Source: Antedon mediterranea
Taxonomy: Eukaryota; Animalia; Echinodermata
DNA: 64,000 bases
Assembly: GCF_964355755.1 (NCBI RefSeq)
Contig: NC_092675.1
Span: forward strand, 6,071,812 to 6,135,811
Reading direction: 5' to 3'
Position numbers and translations under genes: made by a program. Positions 51,601-62,100 of the stretch are shown here, in pieces. Within the stretch, counting starts at the first letter, position 1, and the number at the start of each line of letters is the position of its first letter. The notes under the pieces were generated by a model. That model was given only the letters and a program-made list of their open reading frames with translations, was not told the origin of the DNA and made no database searches.

Positions 51601-54600
51601 TACCTTACGGGTACAGCACCAACAAGATTGATAATAATATTATCTGATAATTTTGATTCAGGATCTTGTAGAGAAGGTGATGATATTACGAGAAGCAGTG
51701 TCCCAGAAGCAAGGCTATGTTGAGAATGGTGGCAGTGTTATTGCTCAGAAACTTAGCAGCTATGCTCAGCTGCTAGCATCACAAGGAAGCTTAGCTACTG
51801 CTGTTAATTACCTTAGAGACTCTAACGAGGTATGCAGTAGCTTTTACAATCTTAATTCATACATCTGTTAGACTAGTTGATGTTACTTGATGTTAGTAAT
51901 ATCCCTTTCAAAGTTTTAGATAAATAGTATTTTTTATTAAGAATTTAGTAACAGCAATAGCTGAATTGTTATAATATTTACCTTATATATAAATGAATAA
52001 AATATCAAAAGTTATTACAAAAAAACATATTTATACATAGAGAGTATATAAAATATCAAATAACAAACAAACATTAAAAACATACACATAAACATTAAAA
52101 ACAGAATACACGGCCATACTGCTTTGAAACACCGGTTCTCGTCAGATCACCGAAGTTAAGCAACGTTGGGCCCGGTTGCGTTCTGGATGGGAGACCGTCT
52201 AGAAATCGTGGCGGGTGCTGTATATACTGGAGAGTGATGGTGTAATGGTAATATCGGACTAGCATGTGATAGGCATGGGTTCGAGGTTATCTGTACCATA
52301 CTAATTGCATCCTTAGGCAAGATGCTTTACTCTAATTGCCTAATCTGGTAGACGCTGCACTGCTGGCTGCCGTGGGTCCGTGGAGGGCCTAATCCGAATT
52401 TCCTCACTGAGGACAAATATTAATACAAAATACAAAAAAAAATACAAAAATAGAGAATATAACTTTGTTGATGTAAAGTTTGAGTGAGAATCCTGAGGAC
52501 GATCAAAGCATATTGATCGAACCGTTGAGAAACGCAACAGTTTTTTTCAGAACTAATATACGTGGTCTACCGCAAAATTTATATCAACATTTGATTTCGC
52601 CATGCAAACCTTCAAAGAATATAACATTATTTAAAAGCTGGATTTCATTAGAACATACTGTCGCCCTATTGCTCACAAGTTATATAAAATACATCAAATA
52701 TAGCTGTTTTAAACATTTTTTGATTGATATTTTTAGCCTATTGTAGCAACTTTACTTGAAAGATTGTATAAAGCTCAAGGACAAACGCCCACAAGTTATC
52801 AACAGCAGAATAGAGCGCCAGTTAAACCAACAACCAATCAAGTACCCCGAAACCAGGTATAGATAATGTGATTGGTCAGAATTTTTGCACTATTCTGACA
52901 AATTAATTTAGTAGCCTGATGCAAAACTAAAAATTACTGAGTATGATTGAGTATGTGAAAGTTAGGTAAAATTATTGGCTGGGTTTATACTCGAATTATG
53001 GACTTGGCAATTATGACCCACTATATGACCCCCGGGAGAGATGCGTCATGGGTGCATCATTTACAAATAATTACTGACGCAGGGGTGCATCAAAAAACCT
53101 AAATGGTACCTCACATCAATGAAAAATGTTGTGTCAATGTCCGTCACTTTACCACCCACCATATCATAAACAACATGGTCAAAGTGCGTCAAAATGGGTA
53201 CGTCATGGCCACCTAAAGGTAAGTTATATTTTTGGCGCACAGGTGAGTCATGGTATTCATAAGGTATGACGCACATCGGACAAAGGAAGCACCTCTCCCG
53301 GGGGTCGTATGGTGGGTCAAACAATTGACAAGTGCATTACATAAAAATGGATTCAGCAAAATCTAAATTTAACCTAAATTAGGAGGTGGGATTCTACCTG
53401 AGCATGTGATTATATTTGGTCATATTATCTGTTAATATTATACAATTATACAAGACCGTTTTTTAGAAATATAAAAAAGCAAAGTATTAAGAAAGATAGA
53501 ATATTAAAAAGTATAATTGTAATAAAAACTTTGTTTTTCTTTCAGGGAGTGAATTCATTCAAAACCACCACCACTTCAAGTAGCTCATATTACAACACTC
53601 AAGTTAGTTCACAAACTCAACCAAACAATGCATACTACAACCAACAACAGCCATCTCAAGGCTTTGCTTCTAACACACCAGCACCTAGCACTCAAAAATC
53701 CACCAATATATACTCCAAACAAGGCTTAAATCAACGAGCATACCCAAAGATGAACCAAGGCACTGCAGGCCAGAACCAATATTATCAACCCACAGGAAAC
53801 CCATCGTACACAGGTCAACAGGTCACAAACACGGCGTACTCAAGTGCTGGACCTACTAGTTTTTACAATCGAACAAATTACACACAATCGCCTAGTGCAG
53901 CACCAGCCCCCAATCAAGCATACGCTAACCAGAATCAGATGCCATCGCAGCCAATGCAGCATACACCAATGCAGCCCACACAGGTGGCAGCGAGCCAACA
54001 ACCCATAACATCTTTGCCACCTAGACCAAAACCAGACCAGGGAGCATGGAATGATCCTCCACCTATCAAACAAAAGGTATAGTTGAATAGAAGTTTTGTT
54101 TTGAAATTTTAACAAATTTGGGGGTTTACGGCCATTTTTTGGAAAACAAAATTTACTTCAAGTGACTCCCTGCTTGATTTTCATTGCTTGATTCTAGTTT
54201 TTTCGCTTTTGGGTTGAAATACAGAAATGCATCTTAAATAAATAAACATGGTTTATCAACTAAATAATTGTAACATTTTATGTTTTAAACATCATTTCAT
54301 ATTTAAAACATCATTTCATATACATTTTACATGAACATTGTATTTACAGTGATTCATTATGTTACATAGAATTTATGTTTTTTGGAGAGTATGTATATGT
54401 AAAAACATTATTCTTGTTTTGATAGGAGCAACGTTCATTTGTAGCCCCAGTACCAATCACAGCACCAATCATTGGTGGCCCTGAGCCTGCTCCCCACCAA
54501 GGTATGAACCCAGCAGCACCTGGTGGTCCCACAGGCTATGGCCAACAAGTATACAACACACAAATGTATAACGCACAGCAACAAGCTAAAGAAGTACAAG

Positions 54601-56226
54601 CTACTGAGGTTGCCCAGGTAATTGATTACGGTTTAAAAATAGAACAAATCACACATCTACACATAATCAAACATCGTATACTCTATCTCTAACAATATTT
54701 CAATCTTCTATCGACTAAAGCCGAAGTATAGTCGTTATCTCGGGATCGTTCTATGGTCACCACCAGGTAGGCTTACTTCATCAAGGCTTCTATGAATGGA
54801 TGACGAGTCGGGAGCAGGAACGCTAGTAGACCAAAACCAGTACCGTTTTGATTATGATCAATCGGGAAATTACCTCACGAGGATGACGATTAACAATCGT
54901 TTAAAAACATAAAATTCCACCCAGTAGCCAAAACTGTGAAGGATGGCTTATGTTGGCTAGTATACCACCAATTTTACTATACTATATTCCATAGTATTTT
55001 GACTATCCTATAGGAGACCTATACCAGGATGGCTCATTTACCATGCAATGTTTACTATTATTATTGAATGTGAAAATTAATGTTAAGTATGATTGGTTTG
55101 ATACACAGAAAGCAGAACCGGCAGAAAAAGAAGCCGCACCTAGAGCCCCTATCCCAACGGAACATCAAGTGTTAAATCAAGTTTTTGAAAGCTTAAAAGA
55201 CCGTTGTATCAAGGCAGCGGGAACGAATGCTGTGAGTTTAACTATATTACTTATATTTAACAACAACAAAGTTTTATTACCGGTGTATATTAAAACAAAA
55301 ACAAAATAGTTTAAGCTCTGTCTACACTATCAAACTTCATGTGACAAAAAAAATGTGATGTCACCATATGTGTACATGATGATGCAATATAACCACATTT
55401 TTTGGCATCACTACCATATTTGGACACATCACATTTTGTTGTCACATGAAGTTTGATAGTGTAGACAGAGCTTTAAATTACTTTAAACAATGTCATAACT
55501 AACCTGTCGCCAACAAGTTATACAAACCTACAGTATCTATACCTGAGGTTTTAAGTATTTTATTAATCAATTCTTCGCTATTTTTCACAGCAAATGAAAA
55601 GAAAACTTGATGATGTGACCAGAAAACTAAATGCTTTATATGATAAATTATCCGAAAATGCTGTAAGTCTAATTCATGTTTAATTTGGGTTTTTCCTGTA
55701 ATAGATTACAATTGTTACAAAAGAATGTGTAACAAATAAAAGTTTGAATTATTCTCATGTGTAGAAAGTGTAACCTTATTTTAAGCACAGTTAAACTACA
55801 TAACTTTGTGGAAGCTGTAAAAAGCTTTTGCACAGGACTTTTTCTGGTCAAATCTACCGGCCACTTGGGTTAGATTGCGTGAAAAATTGTCTGTGTGAAT
55901 GAGGTTTTAGAATATTTTGTCTTTACATAGGCATTTATATTGCAAAAATGTAACCATTTTGTGAAAACAAATTGTACTGTTATTATAAATATTTTCATGA
56001 ATAATTAAAAAAAATGTAATTATCATATTTATTTATTATTTTTCAGCTATCTCCAAATATTCTGCAAGGTCTGCATCAGATAGCCCAGTGCAGCGGATCC
56101 TTTGATTACAACAGTGGCTTAGAAATCTACAAGCAACTTGTGTCAAGCGGCAACTTCTCCGAGATCAGTACGTTCATGCCTGGCCTCAAAGTTCTCATGC
56201 AAGTTGCGATTCAACTACAAGTTTAA
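42669..56226 (+). CDS. SEC31A: Protein transport protein Sec31 (COPII outer coat; WD40 propeller, ACE1 solenoid, Pro/Gln-rich region, C-terminal helical domain), 1215 aa
   Basis: Exons 42669-42871, 43622-43781, 44269-44406, 44708-44848, 45063-45205, 45778-46057, 46515-46649, 46777-47001, 47340-47576, 48214-48358, 49194-49372, 49669-49795, 50786-50934, 51662-51829, 52737-52856, 53546-54076, 54426-54617, 55109-55231, 55591-55662, 56047-56226 (3648 nt, in frame). Motifs [74 protein letters not shown]. Probably co-orthologous to vertebrate SEC31A and SEC31B. Confidence 0.97.
43316..43560 (+). mobile_element. Chimeric 5S rRNA + tRNA + CORE-like SINE (3'-truncated or diverged copy)
   Basis: 5S-like 43316-43432 (CACCGGTTCTCGTTAGATAACCGAAGTTAAGC..GGATGGAAGACCGTCTGGGA..GTGCTGTA), then GATGGTGTAATG..GGGTCCGAAA, then tgtatccttaagcaagatgct. 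Confidence 0.85.
43874..44213. mobile_element. Kolobok-like MITE (TTAA TSD)
   Basis: TTAA|AGATGTATTGTCC .. GGACAATGCATCT|TTAA. Related copies at about 8075-8310, 18100-18325 and 25759-26076. Confidence 0.8.
45420..45600 (-). mobile_element. Penelope-like terminal repeat relic
   Basis: Minus strand ctcactcCTGAGGATGATCAAAGTATATCGAGAAACTCAACAGTTCTTTTAAGAACTAAATAT matches 52490-52590 and 29366-29413. Confidence 0.55.
48655..48952 (-). mobile_element. tRNA-derived CORE-like SINE, same family as 20319-20634
   Basis: Reverse complement of the 20319 element over most of its length. Confidence 0.85.
50445..50545 (+). repeat. 51-bp perfect tandem duplication
   Basis: aaataagcagactggtatttactcaccatatatcgagatcagaggtgtgt occurs twice. 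Confidence 0.95.
51550..51620 (-). pseudogene. Degenerate tRNA-Thr(AGT)-like sequence (pseudogene or SINE head)
   Basis: Minus strand ..CCAGGCTAGTAATCTTGAGATTGTGGGTTCGAGTCCCC; anticodon loop CT-AGT-AA. Acceptor stem and D arm do not pair properly. Confidence 0.45.
52106..52450 (+). mobile_element. Chimeric 5S rRNA + tRNA + CORE-like SINE (apparently full length)
   Basis: 5S-like 52106-52224, tRNA-like GAGAGTGATGGTGTAATGGTAA..GGGTTCGAGG, core tgcatccttaggcaagatgcttta, tail ending in TACAAAA-type repeats. Confidence 0.88.
52480..52620 (+). mobile_element. Penelope-like terminal repeat relic with hammerhead-like motif
   Basis: CTGAGGA C GATCAA agcata TTGATC GAAC C GTT GAG at 52493-52529. Confidence 0.6.
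53002..53333. mobile_element. MITE with about 40-bp imperfect TIRs
   Basis: Left end cttggcaattatgacccactatatgacccccgggagag versus right-end reverse complement cttgtcaattgtttgacccaccatacgacccccgggagag. Confidence 0.8.
54685..54850 (+). repeat. Unclassified interspersed repeat (second copy 63850-64000)
   Basis: caatcttctatc..tctcggg..ttctatggtcacc..cttctatgaatggatgac..gaacgctagt shared by both copies. Confidence 0.8.
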
Positions 56227-59177
56227 TGTAACGTCTTCTTAGCATCTTTTCTAACTTATAAATCTTCTTATCATCTTTAATAAGGTTTCTTTAAACCTAT
56301 GTACTGTATATTCATATCTCTATTATCATTATGTAAATTTTGGAACATTGGCTATAGACATTTTATTTTTAATGAATTTCTTCATCGAAAGTTAAAAACA
56401 TGAAGTATATATATTGTAATGATAGCAAAGAGACAGGATTTAAATAATAATTATTGAATGACTTAAACAAATGTTTGGCAGTGACACCATCAAAGAAGTA
56501 ACTAATATTCTTTGCCATGCGTTATGAATAGTTTAGATATATATTAATATACAATTTTGCAAGTAAAACTTCTGCACAAAGATTATAGTGGTAATATTTG
56601 TTAATGCCTAATTGATAATAGTTTTGAATGGCAAACATTTCAAAATGCAGTGTACTGTACTTAATGTTAGTCACCTCTACCTTCATCTCTTCTAAGGGTC
56701 TCTATACCTTTCACATCTCCTAGCTAAAGTCCAAGAGTTTACACACAATAAAGCTCTGTCCTCACTATCAAACTTTATGACAAAAAAATATGTGATGTGC
56801 CCATATATGGACATGATGATGTCATATCACTACCATATTTGGGCACATCAAAATTAGTCTGTAGACAGAGCTTAAGAGGCATACCTAATGCTTGGTTCCC
56901 AATGGAGCCGCAACACAAGGACGTAAGTGAGTTGACCAATCACAAGCGATGGATTATTCAAACTCTCGCTTGTCATTGGTCAACTCGCTTGTTTTGCGTT
57001 TACGTCCTTGCGTTGCGTCCTAGTGGGAACCAAGCTTTATAAAGCAGAGTTGTGTGTAAATTCCAGATTTTTGCTAGACGATGTTCACATACCTTTTATA
57101 GTTTTTAATAAGTTTCCTGACTATTTCACTCGACAGGCTAAGTGTAAAGCATCTTATTGTAACATTTTGGTTTAATGCATGTTTGTTATTTGTACATACT
57201 TAATGAAAAATATTTGATAGCTCTCAAGAATATTTTAACTTTATTTTAATGAATTTTGTTCACATTGACATTTATGCAATCAGGCTTGATTAATTATGAC
57301 GATATTAACACGTTATTATGGTATGTATGACGTCATACTCTACTTAGTATAGTATGTATGTACTGAGGATTACCTTGTGTGAGTTCACATCACAAAGTTC
57401 TCAGATTCCATAAAGATTATTTTAAAAACTCATATGATACCATGGTTGATATTTAGTTTCTATGTTAACAGTAATTTGCCTTTCTAAAGCTCTGTCTTCA
57501 CTATCAAGCTTTATGGGACAAAAAATGTGATGTGGCCATATATGGACACGATGATGTCATAACACTACCATATTTGGGCACATCATTTTTTATGGTGAAT
57601 TTGATAGTGTAGACAGAGCTTTAAATATAAAAAGGTTATATTTCAAATGATTTCTTGTATTTTAATGTATGGAAGGTGTGAAAACCCACCAAAATGACTG
57701 GAAATATGTAAGGTGGGTTTATAGAGAGTATTGTCTAAGTAATGGGCTTATATTTGAACAGTATGTTAAATCATTAGAACTGGGCTTCTTGGTATTTTAT
57801 GTGTCAGTGTGGATTTACATGTTAAATGTGATGAATAAATAATTTGATAGTTATTTTACAATCGATATTATCTCTGTAACAAGGGTTTTTTTGTACTGTG
57901 AACAAATTAAAATATGTGTGGAATAAAAGAAAGAAAGTTTATTTGTGTATTTATATTAGTGATTTGCACACCATATAATAATAACTGAATTTTAAATTTC
58001 CTGAGTTATTTAATTATCCTATAGAAATCCGTTTATATTTGTATGTGGATGAAAAGGACAAAAACTTATGCGCATAATATAGCCAACATGTTAATACACG
58101 TGACATTGGTGTATAAATAGGTTATAGTTTTTCATTTAGCTTCTTCTAGCATCAGTTAGTTTGCATACAAGCTCATAACAAGAACATTTGACAATGGGTT
58201 TATAATGTTGAATACGTTTACACATGATTGGAAACTTGGATTATGGCCTCACAAACAACATGCCTTGCCAAGCCAGCATTATATATTATAGTTTCACGCC
58301 GCGGCTTTAGCCAGCTATATCCCCAGAGGACTACTCATTCAGAAGCTATATCAAGCGGAAAGATTATTATCTAAGCCTGACATTTTTGGTATTTTGTAAA
58401 CACGACTGATAGGGCCCAGCTGCTGGACACAAAAAAACGTCTTAGAAAAGAGAGTCTATGAGGGCTCACGGTTGGACGATTTTGGATTCTCGCCCTTTGA
58501 TTGGTTGAGTTGCCGCGAATCAACACAAAGTGAAGTCATAATGTATTGAGGGTTGCATGTCCAAAACACGGGAACATAATGTATTGAAATTCTTTGAATA
58601 TTAGGTTAAATAAACAGTCTTTTTTATTTAATAAACATTCAATATTATATTTGATTGAATTTTACAATATTGATATACAAAATATATTACTAAAAACCGA
58701 CCCTATATTTCAAAAACTACGAGTCAGATTTTCATAATTCTTTCTTTATTTTAATATTTATACAAAATATCAACAGGCGATGTATGCTATTAACTTTTAA
58801 AATTGCATCGTTATCCCTAGCTAGGTAGTAGGCCTATAGACTAGTATGTGGGCCGGGTCAAATTAGGGAGTTATTAATGCCCCTACGATGGACCTATAAA
58901 TTAAATACTCCTACCCTTGAACATGTAGGCCAACATAGTTGTAGTTTAGTTTATGATTATATTTTTGTTCTGTAAAGTAGGCCAGACTATATTTACACAA
59001 AATGTTTACTCCTGACTGTTAAACAAAATAATTGATATAATAAACCATTATATCTGAAGAGAGAACAATGATCCATCCACTAAAATTGTTAGTCAAAAAG
59101 TCGAGCTGCGTTTAATAATAAGTAGACTCGGCTATTCATAATTAAATTTATAATCAGCCAATAGTAGGCCATCTTCT

Positions 59178-62100
59178 TCATAATGCACCTTCAAGCTGTG
59201 AGGCCTTTTTTACTACTTCTTCCACAGTTAAGGACATTTTTTCTTTGCTATTCAACAGGTGAACTTCAAAATGTGGTATATCTTTTAAGAGCTGTAATAA
59301 AAAATTAAATCTGAATTGAACTTAGTGGAAACTAGTGAAAATAAAATGGTGCAGGCTTGAGTAGATACCTATTTACACTATCAAACTTGTTTGAAAAAAA
59401 AGGTGTGATGTGCCCAAATACGGTAGTGATGACATCATCATGTCCATAAATGGTATCACATAAAGTTTGATAGTGTAGACAAAGCTTTACACAAGCACAT
59501 GCAAATTTGTTAGTGTATTATGAAATAATTTTATAAAATTTAAATAAAGCATACATACATCTCTACCGCAGACAACTACCATCGGGTAACCAAGACAACA
59601 GGCATTTTTTAAACGTTTTCCAATACCCAAATTCTGTCTGTCGTCTATTACAATCTCTCCTTTTAATTGATGATTATCTGACATTAGCTTGTCATGCAAT
59701 GATAAACATGTAGACATTAAAGATTCTTCCTTTGATCCTTGCTGTGAAAAAAAAAGTAGGGGTAATAAAGGATAGAGGGATAACTCAAACTATATATATT
59801 ACACAACTAGAAAGTGAACTCCTGTCTGTAATATCGGCCTATATCTAGAGAGTCAACTAACTGAAACCCATATATAACTCAATCACAGCTAAAAAAAATG
59901 AGTAACCATAATAACTATGTATTCATCAAATCAACCAATTAGATACGCCATTTAGAAGTAGCGTCCACAGTGGCGTAACGGCTATGAGTGCACACTGGCT
60001 AAACCCAGGGGCCCCAGAGCAGTGCCCCCAGAGCAGTGCCCAGAAAAAAAAACAGGCATTAAAACATGTCAAATAAGGCTAAAAATGCCCAAAGGCCTCC
60101 AGAGGGCCACTTAAAGACCCCTTCCCTGCAATTTTGGACGTTTTTTGGAAAATAATACATATATATCACTTTAAAAACATTAAACCATGTCATTCCTTGT
60201 CTTAAATGTACGTTTTATGGTAAATTATGATAAAAAGTGAGAAACAATGCACTACCTAAGTAGCTCGCGGCGATCGACCTCTCGTGGACGGTCTTAGGCC
60301 TAGCCTAGCTAGGCTTAGTTTTGTAGGCCTAGCTGGTAAACATCGGTAACGTACGAACATCGTACGCTACCTATATACCTAGCCTGACGTTGTATAGTTG
60401 CTGCATTAATTGTCTTTCTATTTTTGCCAGACTCCGTTGATACAAATTGGGGAAAACCCGGTATTTTCGCTGAAAAGTTAGGAGTCTTCCATTTGTTTTG
60501 GCCTCACGATCGATCGAAAAGTGGGCGAATTACAGGTGAAAAACAAAAATATCCATCCGCGCGCAATGCATTTTGGGATTTATAGCGGGCCGCTATAATT
60601 ATTAGAATCGACTTATTTTTCACATTTTTAACCGTTTAAAGACGAAAAAAGTTATCGCAATAGGACCATATAGTATTATTTTTACATTAAATATAGTTTG
60701 TGATCTTAAATTAGATCTAAAAAACGTAGGGAATGGGGCTTTAAGGTTCCTAAACCAGAGGCCTCAGGTCTGTATGTTATGCCACTGAGCTTCCACTACT
60801 CAGTCACACAACATTGCATGCAAGTTGAGCGTATTCTAACAATCCGGACGATCCTTTAAGAAACTAGATACATATTATTCATCTATGGTGTATGATAACA
60901 ATTATGTAAATCATGTTTTTACCTGTGGAAGTATAATACAAATTTGATACGGTGCAATTAAGCTAGGCCACCTAATTTCAGTTTCAGAAGACAAAACCTC
61001 AATGGCTCCAGCAAGAATTCTAGTAACGCCAAGTCCATAGCAACCCATCTCCACAAGCCTAGAAAATAATATATAACTGTTGTACTATATGTAAGATCTT
61101 TTTAATCCAGACCTTTTTATTTGAATTGCCCCTTGTGGGATGATTAAAGAATTTTGAATTGAATTGAATTGAATTATATTATACAGAGACAAAAACATGA
61201 GAAACTAGCTTAGCAAGATTAGATATGCACCCCATTTACACACTTGCCCGCATTTTTGTGCTTACTGCTCTGCATAAAATGCAATGTGTGCCATTTAATG
61301 GCATTTATTGCAACGCATTAGCATACATATGTTACAAATAGTTTACACCATGTATGAACACTAGAGTACACATTGTTACATACGCTAGGTAACAGGGTCT
61401 GTAGCCTCAAAATATGTTTGTATTGTTTGCTCATGCTATATTTTCTCTAGTCATGCCCTAGAATTAAATTTTAAATATTTGATAACATACTGTTTTTGTT
61501 TCTGATCATTCGTAAACTGGGTCTTAAATATTTCTGAGTATTTTTTGCCAAGATAGAATGCATGTCCAACTTCAATTCCCTTGGTGAGCTTTATTGCACA
61601 ATCTTCTTTAGATTTTCCTTTTGTACATTGTGGCTGCTTGTCATACTCTACAAAATCAAGTGTTCTGTTTAACAGTATAACAATTGAAATATTAACATAA
61701 TTAGTACAGTAACTTCTTTTGGGATATCCCTATTCAGACAACAAGGGTCAATATATGTTTAACACAACAACCAATCCCTATTCAGGGGACACCACTATTA
61801 AGGAGAAACTTTGTTGGGTCCCAAAGGTGTCTCTTTAATATGGGTTCTACTGGATGAATCAAATAAAGAAAGACTTACAAGGACAAGTAGACACTAACAC
61901 AATAACAAACCATCCTGCCATAATCAGACAAAAATGGAAACAAATTGTGGAAAGCGTAATGTCGGAAGACGGAAAACGTTAACAAGAAAGAAGAAGGGTA
62001 CTATTTTTTGTTCATACGCATCCAACAGCGAGAAACTCTGGATGGATAAACTATTTTATAATTTATCGAGATCAGGCTGTTTATAATAATACTGTATATA

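Noticed and set aside
52106-52224. Functional 5S rRNA genes (also 43316-43432 and 861-948)
   Set aside because: Copies diverge from each other, lack a T-run terminator after the 5S part, and continue into SINE bodies or a foreign tail.
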